A stretch of 34,599 bases of DNA from the IMG/VR virus record IMGVR_UViG_3300007988_000044, positions 1 to 34,599 of that record. One strand, given 5' to 3'. Shown in pieces: positions 9,939 through 17,970 of this stretch; positions within the stretch are counted from its first letter, which is position 1, and each line of letters opens with the position of its first letter. Origin of the DNA: a virus (Duplodnaviria; Caudoviricetes). The translations under genes were made by a program, and so were the position numbers. The notes beneath the pieces are model-generated. The model was given only the letters and a program-made list of their open reading frames with translations. It ran no database searches and was not told where the DNA came from.

Positions 9939-10392
9939 TTCTCGCCTTAGTAATTTGCTGTTCGATAATAGCTAAACGTGACTTAGGCAATTCAGGCATG
10001 GCGCGGGATATTTTTGCAGGAATACCATCAAGTATCCCGGCGACCTTCGCGCCTTTATCGGCGGTCATCTGCATGATCATTTCAATTGGAGCGACTTGGC
10101 CAAGCACTTTTAATACTTCAATTTCCATCTTGTCAGCTTTCATCTTTACCAATCTGGCATCATGCCAATCAGTATTAATGGGCTGTCCATCAGCAGTGGG
10201 GCTTGGTACTGACTCATCACCGCCTTTGATCTGTTGCTTAATATGCTGAATGTAATTTTGAACGCAGGTTTTTAGGCAAAACCCATTAGTGCCGCGCTTA
10301 TCTGATAAAATGCCCTGTTTCATCAGGTTTCTAACTTGCCGCTCACTTAAACCGATCATTTCACCGATTTCAGTTTGAGTCGCCATTACCAC
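9850..10392 (-). CDS. terS: terminase small subunit (Nu1-like)
   Basis: N-terminal wHTH ATQTEIGEMIGLSERQVRNL plus coiled coil; overlaps terL. Confidence 0.88.
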   Translation of the reverse strand: MVMATQTEIGEMIGLSERQVRNLMKQGILSDKRGTNGFCLKTCVQNYIQHIKQQIKGGDESVPSPTADGQPINTDWHDARLVKMKADKMEIEVLKVLGQVAPIEMIMQMTADKGAKVAGILDGIPAKISRAMPELPKSRLAIIEQQITKARNAATEPIDLESYLASCFKYGDSGGMETDT

Positions 10393-10687
10393 ACCTAACT
10401 AAATCGTTTATGTAAAGCATTAAGGCAGCAAGTTGGTCATCACTCCAAACTTGCCCACCTTCAACGTAATAATGCTTATCAGGGGTACTAATAACCGCCT
10501 TATCTATATCAATCGGTTCGATCACTGGCGGCGTTATGCTGCACTGAATCGGCGCCGTCATCTGGCTTAATCCCGTCATCTGGCTGCACCCTGCCAAAAT
10601 GGCTATGAACAGCCCGGCGAGGATTAGCCTTAATTGCGGTGCGGGTTTGCTCATTAACTTTGCGTTTTTTGGCACGATAGACCTCAA
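10370..10687 (-). CDS. o-spanin (Rz1-like lipoprotein)
   Basis: Lipobox LAGC, Pro-containing mature part, overlaps the i-spanin in another frame. Confidence 0.65.
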   Translation of the reverse strand: MRSIVPKNAKLMSKPAPQLRLILAGLFIAILAGCSQMTGLSQMTAPIQCSITPPVIEPIDIDKAVISTPDKHYYVEGGQVWSDDQLAALMLYINDLVRCGNGDSN

Positions 10688-10745
10688 TAAAAACGGTTAG
10701 AATTAACTGAAATAAAACCCGCAATAACCTAATCATGGCGGGCAT
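10509..10745 (-). CDS. i-spanin-like protein
   Basis: N-terminal hydrophobic helix followed by a basic stretch; within the lysis cassette. Confidence 0.5.
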   Translation of the reverse strand: MPAMIRLLRVLFQLILTVFIEVYRAKKRKVNEQTRTAIKANPRRAVHSHFGRVQPDDGIKPDDGADSVQHNAASDRTD

Positions 10746-11106
10746 TATTTTTATTGGGATTCAGCGCAACATACTTATCCATCCAGCCAGTGATCATGGC
10801 TAGAAACTTGGTAATTTTTAGTAGCCATACATCATCAAAAGTGTTTTCTGTCCACTTAGTAATAGGCACTAAAATCTTAACTAAGGCGCTGGCGAGTCCG
10901 ATAATGGAACAAGCAGTAATGAGGCAACTCGCCAAAATACCGCCGACCTCTACACCAAACACAGTAATGAATGCGTTTGGATCAGTGGCAAGTTGAGCGG
11001 TGGCGTCTGTGGTTAGCGTTGCCAGTTCGGCAAGCATTGGATCAGCGAAAACAAATACTGGCATAAAAAATACCAGTGCAGCTAAAAGCACTTTGCAGAT
11101 TTTCAT
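10729..11106 (-). CDS. lysis-cassette membrane protein (second holin/antiholin-like)
   Basis: Signal-like N-terminus, hydrophobic segments, T-x-N-T-F-D-D...ALNP motif. Confidence 0.55.
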   Translation of the reverse strand: MKICKVLLAALVFFMPVFVFADPMLAELATLTTDATAQLATDPNAFITVFGVEVGGILASCLITACSIIGLASALVKILVPITKWTENTFDDVWLLKITKFLAMITGWMDKYVALNPNKNNARHD

Positions 11107-11124
11107 GGGTTATCTCCGGTAGAG

Positions 11125-11592
11125 TTAGAGTTCTTCCCGATACGCCGGGACACTGATAAAGCCCCGTTTAGGGCTCCAAATTTTTAACGGTGAGTCATCA
11201 TAGTTTTGGCGGCAATCAATATGCAGCCAATTAATGTCAACCTCGATAAATCGAATATTGGAGTAAATGGTATGGTTATCGATAATATGCGCGTGAATAA
11301 ATGCCAGTGGCGTAGCAGTAATAATATCCAGTGCGCGGCCAAAGGTATGCTGGCTAGTCTGGGAAAAATCTTTACTATCAGCCGTTCTAAGACCGCTATA
11401 CTGACGAGCACCATTTAGGTGCCAGTTGTTTATTGTGAATCCGTTGTCATGCCCCAAAGATCGCAAGTTATCCCGCAATAAATCTGCGGCGGCAATGATC
11501 CTTTGATCCATGTACTCTATAGACGCATTGCCACGGCGCTGATACATAGCTTTTGGTACAAACTCTTGAACTACAAAATTATTCAGTTGCAT
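11125..11592 (-). CDS. endolysin, peptidase M15 family
   Basis: SGLR...SQHTFGRALD...WLHID zinc-ligand pattern. Confidence 0.85.
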   Translation of the reverse strand: MQLNNFVVQEFVPKAMYQRRGNASIEYMDQRIIAAADLLRDNLRSLGHDNGFTINNWHLNGARQYSGLRTADSKDFSQTSQHTFGRALDIITATPLAFIHAHIIDNHTIYSNIRFIEVDINWLHIDCRQNYDDSPLKIWSPKRGFISVPAYREEL

Positions 11593-11602
11593 CTGTTGTT
11601 AC

Positions 11603-11887
11603 CTATTGGATCTTTTTAATGTGCATGGCCAATTTAACGGCCCATTCCAAAGCTCTAACGCCGCCTAGACCAGCAGCAGAGCCAAGCAAGATCATGTGTA
11701 CCAGGCTTAAACCTTCCAACACTCCGGCAGACCAAAGCGCCACACCACCCATCAGTGCTAAAATCCATTCGCCAGCAAAGCGGCGCCAGTCGATAGCCTC
11801 ATCACTGATTAATTTTTTGGCTAATAATCCACCTGTTACAAAGCTCAAAATGGCTAGTAGACCTTTGAGGTGTTCAAGAGTGATCAT
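11603..11887 (-). CDS. holin (3 TM)
   Basis: Three hydrophobic segments and a basic C-terminus; SD AAGGA before ATG 11887; first gene of the cassette. Confidence 0.75.
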   Translation of the reverse strand: MITLEHLKGLLAILSFVTGGLLAKKLISDEAIDWRRFAGEWILALMGGVALWSAGVLEGLSLVHMILLGSAAGLGGVRALEWAVKLAMHIKKIQ

Positions 11888-11908
11888 GTCCTTCAATGAA
11901 AAAACCCC

Positions 11909-11937
11909 AAAAAAAAGCCCCTTCAGAGAAGAGGCTA
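11909..11937 (-). terminator. tR'-like terminator upstream of the lysis/late operon
   Basis: Minus strand AGCCTCTTC-TCT-GAAGGGGCT followed by a T run. Confidence 0.7.
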
Positions 11938-12004
11938 AACAGTGAATGCCAACAAAATGGATTGGATAAGCAGAAACGCCAGGCATGAAAATAGACGTAG
12001 TAAT

Positions 12005-12033
12005 ATGTTAAGCTTAGGCGTGTCATATTACAA
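12005..12033 (-). promoter_or_regulatory. late promoter (pR'-like)
   Basis: TTGTAA-17-TAACAT about 70 bp upstream of the terminator; a Q gene is present. Confidence 0.6.
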
Positions 12034-12060
12034 TAGTAAATAAGTAAAATATTACAATAT

Positions 12061-12076
12061 TAGGATTTTAATCCTA
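12061..12076. promoter_or_regulatory. 16-bp operator TAGGATTTTAATCCTA
   Basis: Near-perfect palindrome of the TAGDA-N6-THCTA family. Confidence 0.55.
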
Positions 12077-12271
12077 AATCTTTTTATCAAAAAACCACAT
12101 CAAACCAAAATAGATAACAGCTAAAAAATGATTGTTAAAAAATGCCATTCCCATGATAAGCCACCCTATAAACAACAAACATAAATAGCTGGTCGAGGCA
12201 TACACTAAAACCCTAAATTCACGCTTAAAGTAACGTTTATCTTCCTCAGTCATTATTAATAAACCCACCAT
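12074..12271 (-). CDS. small membrane protein
   Basis: Two hydrophobic segments. Confidence 0.55.
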   Translation of the reverse strand: MVGLLIMTEEDKRYFKREFRVLVYASTSYLCLLFIGWLIMGMAFFNNHFLAVIYFGLMWFFDKKI

Positions 12272-13013
12272 TTTCTAATAAAAATTTAGGGATGATTTCT
12301 AATGCTTGTCTGTTTTTATCAGCCTGAGCCTTAGCCCCCATAGAGCCCAAATTAAACCAAATAGCATCTAATCTATCGGTACTGGTTTTTAGCTCTAACA
12401 TTAAAAGGCGGTGATGAGATAGTACATGCAAAAAGGCAGTAAATATCTCTATCAGATACAAAGCCTCATGAATTGCATCATCAAGGGCATGGTGTTTTAT
12501 GCCATCGAATACCAAGTTATATTTAGGATCGATACCAAGCAGTGCTCGGCCCATTAACACCACTGTTCTTAAGCTCTGATTGGCGCCAAAATCCCAAGGT
12601 GGAACAATTCCAAACTGTTCGTAGGCATCAACTAAAATAACGTTGTCAAACTCACTACCATTGCCCATAACTTGTGGCCTAGCGCCATTAGGGTAATGCG
12701 CTGTGATAAACTGACTCAGTAGATCAAGCGCTTCATGCAATGGCAACCGATTCGATTGAGAACCAAAAACCTCATCATAGGCCACGGCATCTGTTTCTTT
12801 TTTATCATTCCACCACTGAGTAACTTCAAGGTTAATGCTGCGTTCTGGCTGTACTAAGTCACACCTAACGTAAAACTTACCTAAGATCTCACCACTAAAA
12901 ACATCAGCAACCGCCGCGCCAATAGTCGCAATTTTAGCATTGCTTGCCTTGCCAAGAGTCTCAACATCGACAGTGGTTATAACCTGGTAATCTTCTTTTC
13001 TAATCGGCTTCAT
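12246..13013 (-). CDS. DEDDh 3'-5' exonuclease/exoribonuclease domain protein
   Basis: DVETLG, GNGSEFDNVIL, PWDF, HHALDDA; start placed at ATG 13013. Confidence 0.85.
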   Translation of the reverse strand: MKPIRKEDYQVITTVDVETLGKASNAKIATIGAAVADVFSGEILGKFYVRCDLVQPERSINLEVTQWWNDKKETDAVAYDEVFGSQSNRLPLHEALDLLSQFITAHYPNGARPQVMGNGSEFDNVILVDAYEQFGIVPPWDFGANQSLRTVVLMGRALLGIDPKYNLVFDGIKHHALDDAIHEALYLIEIFTAFLHVLSHHRLLMLELKTSTDRLDAIWFNLGSMGAKAQADKNRQALEIIPKFLLENGGFINND

Positions 13014-13230
13014 TATCTTTGATCTCTCTAATACATTTAGGGCAAGCAATAGATGTAATTTCATCTGCTGTTTCAACACGATGCCAACCTTGAGAAGCCG
13101 CTTTAAATGCGACCTCTCCAACATTGCAATCTTCAGTGGATAAATGCAGCCTGTTCTCACAATTACAACAGCCAACAACATAAACGGCTATAACTGTGAT
13201 CTCATCAATTTCAACGTTTGATAACTTCAT
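13000..13230 (-). CDS. small zinc-finger protein
   Basis: CCNC...CPKC. Confidence 0.6.
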   Translation of the reverse strand: MKLSNVEIDEITVIAVYVVGCCNCENRLHLSTEDCNVGEVAFKAASQGWHRVETADEITSIACPKCIREIKDNEAD

Positions 13231-13676
13231 TTGTTTTCACCAAAGTGAGGGAATATAGGCGACTCATACTCTGCCCAACCTAACAAGCGATAATCATCAC
13301 TAAAGACTATGGGCTCATAAAAATCATCAAATTCATGATGTGATTTATTAGTTACCCACCCAATAGATTCGTGAGGTTCACCATCTGTATTAACCAAATA
13401 ATCATCATCAATTAAATCACCATTATCATCATAAGCGAGTGGCCTATTTTGATAGTTGGCTAAAAAAACGATAACCTTACAAGTTTTATCATTATAAATA
13501 GCTATCCAGTATTCACATTCTGTTCCTACTGGTATATCAGGGATTAAATCAGGCGATTGCCATTCTGGTCTATAAGAGGCCAATTCTTTTTCAAGCTTCA
13601 CATAGTCACTATAACGCACTAGCGAACCGTTGCGATCAGCATGACAAGTCTTTGGAGCCTTAATTCTAAGTACCAT
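13227..13676 (-). CDS. hypothetical phage protein
   Basis: 149 aa, SD GAGG, coupled to the next gene. Confidence 0.7.
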   Translation of the reverse strand: MVLRIKAPKTCHADRNGSLVRYSDYVKLEKELASYRPEWQSPDLIPDIPVGTECEYWIAIYNDKTCKVIVFLANYQNRPLAYDDNGDLIDDDYLVNTDGEPHESIGWVTNKSHHEFDDFYEPIVFSDDYRLLGWAEYESPIFPHFGENK

Positions 13677-13687
13677 AAAAACCTCTA

Positions 13688-13972
13688 TTAACTATGACTC
13701 TTTAAAATAACATTGTGATGAGGATAAGAGTTGCGAATAAAGCGGCTAATCCTAATGGCCAATCGAACATGGCCAAACCCCATTGATTGCCAGTAAAGGC
13801 AATCTAAAGCACCGAGCACTAAGGCAATATTGACATCAGCCTTACTTGCAATTGCAGCATCTAAGCTCTTCTTATGGTGAATAAAATGCTGTAAAAAGTG
13901 CCTCACACTATTGTTTTTCTTTCCGACGACCTTGCTGCTATCTTCATCTTCATTCGTTTTCTTTTTTGCCAT
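13688..13972 (-). CDS. hypothetical protein
   Basis: Operon packing. Confidence 0.6.
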   Translation of the reverse strand: MAKKKTNEDEDSSKVVGKKNNSVRHFLQHFIHHKKSLDAAIASKADVNIALVLGALDCLYWQSMGFGHVRLAIRISRFIRNSYPHHNVILKSHS

Positions 13973-14270
13973 TTTGCTTATCCACTCTCTTTTTTATAAG
14001 GGCATCAATACCAAGCTGTTGCCATTTTTTACGCTTAATATAACGAACCACTAAAGCAACAATGATGGGGCTGACTGGCCAAGTTAAAATTAACAACACA
14101 TTAAACAGTAACTTTGCGGTGATAACTAAAAATTGATACTGATAACTCAACAGTTCAAATATAAACGCTTCACTAAACACATTAAAAATATAATGTTTAA
14201 TCCATACCTTTATAGGCTTGTTGTAATCATCAACACCAAACCCAGTTAATAAATCAGAGGATTTTTTCAA
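13950..14270 (-). CDS. membrane protein
   Basis: TTG start; hydrophobic C-terminal half. Confidence 0.55.
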   Translation of the reverse strand: MKKSSDLLTGFGVDDYNKPIKVWIKHYIFNVFSEAFIFELLSYQYQFLVITAKLLFNVLLILTWPVSPIIVALVVRYIKRKKWQQLGIDALIKKRVDKQNGKKENE

Positions 14271-14364
14271 TTATTCCACCCTGTTCAATTATTAATAAAA
14301 ACAAAAATAGTGAAAATGCAAAAACTAAATAAGCATTGCCTTTATTTTTACTTTTTTTATCCAT
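14254..14364 (-). CDS. 36-aa single-TM small protein (not in ORF track)
   Basis: MDKKSKNKGNAYLVFAFSLFLFLLIIEQGGIIEKIL; SD GAGG; fills an operon gap. Confidence 0.55.
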   Translation of the reverse strand: MDKKSKNKGNAYLVFAFSLFLFLLIIEQGGIIEKIL

Positions 14365-14374
14365 AATAAGCCTC

Positions 14375-14812
14375 TTAAGTGTGTTTTTTAAGTGCTGCTA
14401 AAAGCATTTGATAAGCCTTTTCGGCGCCATTGCCACCATGAATATTGGCATCATCAAACACTTTTTTATGAAAATTAACGGCGGGCAGACGAACGGCTGG
14501 CGGCAAAGCAGCAATGATCAACTGAGCCTGAAGGTTACGTTTATCACATAACAATAATGGCACCTCGCCACCATGCTCGATGGCTAGGTTTCTTAATTTA
14601 TCATTACTGTATATTTGGCCAAATGATAAATAATCATTGTTATAATCTAATGCAACTGCTTGCTGCATCGACTCTGGTAAAACAAAAATCTGAGCCATGA
14701 TCCATCCCAAATCTGAACGGGAAGGGATGCCAAAGTAAAACAATGGCATCGGCGGCTCTTTTAGTTTCACTATCTCAGAGATCAATTTGAACTCGCTAAA
14801 ACTTTGGCCCAA
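14375..14812 (-). CDS. hypothetical protein
   Basis: 145 aa ORF in operon. Confidence 0.6.
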   Translation of the reverse strand: MGQSFSEFKLISEIVKLKEPPMPLFYFGIPSRSDLGWIMAQIFVLPESMQQAVALDYNNDYLSFGQIYSNDKLRNLAIEHGGEVPLLLCDKRNLQAQLIIAALPPAVRLPAVNFHKKVFDDANIHGGNGAEKAYQMLLAALKKHT

Positions 14813-15222
14813 CAGTTGATCGCGGCCTGAGTTGATCTAGTATTCATCCGGCTAACATCATGCCTAGATACTCCGGTTAAATTGGCTATCTCAGCATGAT
14901 CATGCTCTCCGGCTGCCAACAGACTAACAATTTTCATAACCACTTTTTCACTTAACAGCTTATTGCGCTTTTTAGATTGGGTCATGTTAGTCGTAGCACT
15001 ATTAAATGAACTTACCCCAATTGCTCGCCCGGCTGCAGTGACTTTCTTAGGTGATGAAACGTTATCAATAATAGGCTTTGGCGGCGGTATGTACGGCTCA
15101 CCACGGCGGTATCCCCCATGCGATAAATTATGAGAAATAACTTGTGTATAGTCGGCGCGGCTGACTGTTCCTGTGTTGAAGTGTGGAAATCTTAAAGAGG
15201 TTTCACTCATATCGTAACTCAT
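14782..15222 (-). CDS. protein with C-terminal HTH
   Basis: DHAEIANLTGVSRHDVSRM; SD AAGGA. Confidence 0.65.
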   Translation of the reverse strand: MSYDMSETSLRFPHFNTGTVSRADYTQVISHNLSHGGYRRGEPYIPPPKPIIDNVSSPKKVTAAGRAIGVSSFNSATTNMTQSKKRNKLLSEKVVMKIVSLLAAGEHDHAEIANLTGVSRHDVSRMNTRSTQAAINCWAKVLASSN

Positions 15223-15240
15223 GCCATATCCTTTCTAGTT

Positions 15241-15283
15241 TAGTATTATATTACTATTCTAATCCTTTAATTCTGTTCGTCAA
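15241..15283 (-). promoter_or_regulatory. sigma70 promoter with operator over +1
   Basis: TTGACG-16-TAGAAT (15283-15256); operator TAGTATTATATTACTA at 15241-15256. Confidence 0.6.
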
Positions 15284-15327
15284 TATTGCTGCTCATTTTT
15301 TGACAACCGGAAGTGAAAAGCGGAAGT

Positions 15328-15367
15328 GATATTTCGATATTTAAATATCATAATATTTAAATATTCA
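15328..15367 (+). repeat. 8-bp tandem array RATATTNN x5
   Basis: GATATTTC GATATTTA AATATCAT AATATTTA AATATTCA. Confidence 0.65.
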
Positions 15368-15397
15368 CGAAAAACAATGGCTTAAAACAGCCACTTA

Positions 15398-15496
15398 TGA
15401 AAAGCGGAAACGGAAACCAACATTTTCATTTTCAAAAAAATTGCGGGATTCCGAGCCCCCGCGACCCCTCAGTCAAGGGGCACCCCATAAGTACCT
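15398..15496 (-). other. putative cos site (cosQ-cosN-cosB, lambda-like)
   Basis: Minus strand: AGGTACT-22nt-GGGTCGCGGGGG (15467-15456) flanked by CTGAG/CTCGG, then TGAAAAT tracts and GTTTCCGTTTCCG resembling lambda R3. Confidence 0.65.
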
Positions 15497-15499
15497 TTT

Positions 15500-15626
15500 T
15501 AAGTCATTGATTTAAAAGGCTTTTCACCTACACTCACTGGTTGACCAGTTGTTTTTCAATCTGGTTGACCAGTTAGGAATCGGTGTAAGTTATTGATTTA
15601 TATAGATTAATGACAATGTTTGTCAT
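15500..15626. promoter_or_regulatory. two IHF sites bracketing two CTGGTTGACCAG palindromes, plus ATGACAA-N3-TTGTCAT
   Basis: TAAGTCATTGATT 15500-15512 and TAAGTTATTGATT 15586-15598 match YAANNNNTTGATW; palindromes at 15536-15549, 15561-15572 and 15610-15626. Confidence 0.6.
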
Positions 15627-15628
15627 GT

Positions 15629-15719
15629 CCGAGGCCATGCCGCCCCGGTAGCCTGGTCATATAGAAGCCGAGGCCATGCCGCCCCGGTAGCCTGGTCATA
15701 TAGAAGCCGAGGCCATGCC
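15629..15719 (+). repeat. 39-bp perfect tandem repeat, 2.3 copies
   Basis: CCGAGGCCATGCCGCCCCGGTAGCCTGGTCATATAGAAG at 15629 and 15668, partial at 15707. Confidence 0.95.
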
Positions 15720-15728
15720 ACTATAAAA

Positions 15729-15836
15729 AATATTTTAATATTTTAATATTTTGATATTGACACGCCCCGCCTTAATAATTAATATGAGGCTCATAGGGTA
15801 GCCACTAGGGCAGCCCATCACCAGGGAACTGAGACC
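15729..15836 (+). promoter_or_regulatory. conserved upstream module copy 1 (8-bp array, promoter, hairpin, leader)
   Basis: AATATTTT x3, TTGACA-17-TAATAT, GGGTAGCCACTAGGGCAGCCC-ATCACCAGGGAACTGAGACC-ATG. Confidence 0.9.
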
Positions 15837-16328
15837 ATGAAGATTCAAGATGCATTAAACCTACTGGGCCTAACTGGCACTGTCACAAAGCAAGAAATCA
15901 AAAAGGCGTACCGCGCCGCTTCTCTTAAATACCATCCTGACCGCAACCCATCTGGTAAAGAAATGATGCAAGCCATTAATGCTGCATTTGAAGCGCTAAA
16001 AGACTTAGAAGAGGTTACAGGCTCAGAAGATAGTCAAGAGGCTTACGACTTTGCAGAACAGTTAAGCGCAGCGCTAAACATGGTGAGTTCTCTAGCTGGC
16101 CTGGATATTGAGGTTTGCGGCAACTGGGTATCGCTGAGCGGTGACACCAAAACGCATAAAGAGGCGATTAAAGAGGCTGGCTTTAAGTGGGTCAAGAAAA
16201 AAGTCATGTGGTACTTCCGTCCTGAAGACTATAAAAGCTCAAATCGTGGCGGCTGGTCGATTGATCAGATTCGTGAGCAACACGGTTCAACTAAGGTCAG
16301 AACACAATACCGCACCGCATTAAACTAA
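15837..16328 (+). CDS. J-domain (DnaJ-like) protein
   Basis: EIKKAYR...KYHPDRNP...INAAFEAL; C-terminal GFKW..KK.MWY domain. Confidence 0.9.
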   Translation: MKIQDALNLLGLTGTVTKQEIKKAYRAASLKYHPDRNPSGKEMMQAINAAFEALKDLEEVTGSEDSQEAYDFAEQLSAALNMVSSLAGLDIEVCGNWVSLSGDTKTHKEAIKEAGFKWVKKKVMWYFRPEDYKSSNRGGWSIDQIREQHGSTKVRTQYRTALN

Positions 16329-16339
16329 GGGATAAGATC

Positions 16340-16777
16340 ATGGCTAAAGCATTAGTAACCAAAGGCGCGATAGCGCTATCCGGTAAACCAAGTGAAAAGG
16401 CGTTTATTGATGAATGGGCTAGGCAGGTTATCGGCAAGTGGTGTGCTATTGCGGCGGTTGACTCTGACGAAAACGAATACACCCTAATCTTAGGCTTTCG
16501 TTGCTGCAGCGTTGCGGAAATGCGCGAGGATGTTTCAGACGCCAAGAGTGTAGCAAAATGTGTGCTTGAAGAAAGGGCAAATCAAGGCCGTGATTACTTT
16601 GTACTGACATACGTTGATAACGGTGAAACGTTCGCTGAGTTTTCAGACTTTGACAAAGATAAAGTGAAGTATGAAAAAGAATGCGCTTGCATGAAAAAAA
16701 TGAAAATCCACAAAGTTAGTTATTCATCCGACTGCGTAAAACAACTGCTTATTGAGTTGAACAAAGAGCCATCTTAA
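16340..16777 (+). CDS. hypothetical protein
   Basis: 145 aa, SD AAGGGA. Confidence 0.7.
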   Translation: MAKALVTKGAIALSGKPSEKAFIDEWARQVIGKWCAIAAVDSDENEYTLILGFRCCSVAEMREDVSDAKSVAKCVLEERANQGRDYFVLTYVDNGETFAEFSDFDKDKVKYEKECACMKKMKIHKVSYSSDCVKQLLIELNKEPS

Positions 16778-16807
16778 GAGGGCTTTTATCGGCTAAACAA
16801 ACTTATA

Positions 16808-16847
16808 GGGCGGCCAATAGGGCCGCCCATCACCAGGGGACTGAGAC
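16808..16847 (+). repeat. conserved leader copy 2
   Basis: GGGCGGCC-AATAG-GGCCGCCC-ATCACCAGGGGACTGAGAC-ATG. Confidence 0.9.
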
Positions 16848-16958
16848 ATGATAAACGTATATACAATAAGAGAAGGGCGCGAAATTTGGATCGCTCGCAT
16901 CAGACCAGCAGCGGCGATAACCTGGGAAAAGCGCCATCCTTACCACATTTTCAAATAA
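16848..16958 (+). CDS. 36-aa small protein (not in ORF track)
   Basis: MINVYTIREGREIWIARIRPAAAITWEKRHPYHIFK; ATG supplied by leader copy 2; followed by a terminator-like hairpin. Confidence 0.7.
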   Translation: MINVYTIREGREIWIARIRPAAAITWEKRHPYHIFK

Positions 16959-16962
16959 ACTA

Positions 16963-16988
16963 AGGCCGCGTAAGCGGTCTTTAATTTT
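16963..16988 (+). terminator. intrinsic terminator
   Basis: AGGCCGC-GTAA-GCGGTCT followed by TTAATTTT. Confidence 0.55.
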
Positions 16989-16990
16989 AA

Positions 16991-17098
16991 AATATTTTAA
17001 TTTTTTAAAATTAAAATATTGACTCGTTTTAATATTATCGACTAAAATAAAACTCATAGGGCGCCACTTGGGCAGCCCATCACCAGGGAACTGAGACC
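16991..17098 (+). promoter_or_regulatory. conserved upstream module copy 3
   Basis: Degenerate 8-bp array, TTGACT-18-TAAAAT, GGGCGCCACTTGGGCAGCCC-ATCACCAGGGAACTGAGACC-ATG. Confidence 0.88.
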
Positions 17099-17590
17099 AT
17101 GACCGAATCACAAGCCATTATCACCCGCGCTTTCAATGCTAACGCCGCCGAGTTTCTTACAACAATCTGTAAGCGCGAGCATATCGATTTAAACTCTATC
17201 AAACACACTAATGATCGCTTTGTTATCGGGTTCGTAAATACGGGCCGCTATGTCACGATCAGAACGGTTACAGATATTAAGAACAATGAAACTTATCCCA
17301 CTTATACAAAATTAGTTTTTTCGGTCTCAACGCCTGGCCAAAATTATCATGAACATTTAAGCGCCATCGAAGCCGGGGCCGTTCGCTACACTGGCGAGGA
17401 TCTAAGGGCAAGGCCATTTAATGTTGACGGTGTTAATTATTGGGGCTTATGGTCTGAAGAACATCAAGGCTTCATCGGCTTTGATAATAAGCTCAGCGCT
17501 TACGCGCCAGCGGGCGGCTTTCACTCAGTAAAAAGTTTAACTAGCGGTGGAATCGCCAACAATGCAGCCATATTCATTTGCAAGATTTAA
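17099..17590 (+). CDS. hypothetical protein
   Basis: 163 aa starting at the leader ATG. Confidence 0.8.
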   Translation: MTESQAIITRAFNANAAEFLTTICKREHIDLNSIKHTNDRFVIGFVNTGRYVTIRTVTDIKNNETYPTYTKLVFSVSTPGQNYHEHLSAIEAGAVRYTGEDLRARPFNVDGVNYWGLWSEEHQGFIGFDNKLSAYAPAGGFHSVKSLTSGGIANNAAIFICKI

Positions 17591-17593
17591 TTA

Positions 17594-17634
17594 AGGCAGC
17601 CACAAGGGCAGCCCATCACCAGGGAACTGAGATC
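17594..17634 (+). repeat. conserved leader copy 4 (no own promoter)
   Basis: AGGCAGCCACAAGGGCAGCCC-ATCACCAGGGAACTGAGATC-ATG, 3 nt after the upstream stop. Confidence 0.9.
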
Positions 17635-17931
17635 ATGAAAGCAATCAATGCAAAAGAGTTTAAAAACGCTTGCCGAGCTTATAGCCGTTCAAACTCAAAA
17701 TTTCGTCCAACTCATACTGAAAGCCTAGTAAGGGTTTACGGTTATGAATTAGCTTATTTAGTTGAAAAGTTTGAACACTATAAAAACCAACTAGGTACAA
17801 CAAACATCCATGTTAGAACTAATTATCGAGCTTATGCCGTGGCTCAATTTAGCCATCAAGAGTGGTTATCTCAAGCTAAGCGATTAACGCTATCTTGGCG
17901 CTATTTTGACACCACAAAAAAACACAAATAA
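17635..17931 (+). CDS. hypothetical basic protein (98 aa)
   Basis: Start at the leader ATG (MKAINAKEFK). Confidence 0.8.
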   Translation: MKAINAKEFKNACRAYSRSNSKFRPTHTESLVRVYGYELAYLVEKFEHYKNQLGTTNIHVRTNYRAYAVAQFSHQEWLSQAKRLTLSWRYFDTTKKHK

Positions 17932-17940
17932 CTCTAACTA

Positions 17941-17970
17941 AGGCGGCCAGATTGGCCGCCTATTTTTTTT
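17941..17970 (+). terminator. intrinsic terminator
   Basis: AGGCGGCCA-GAT-TGGCCGCCT-ATTTTTTTT. Confidence 0.85.

Noticed and set aside
61-11945. Plus-strand ORFs over the virion and lysis genes (e.g. 61..258, 4047..4445, 9854..10249, 11553..11945)
   Set aside because: Antisense shadows of well-supported genes
16830-17111. Minus-strand 93-aa ORF
   Set aside because: Runs antisense across two leaders, a promoter and the 36-aa ORF
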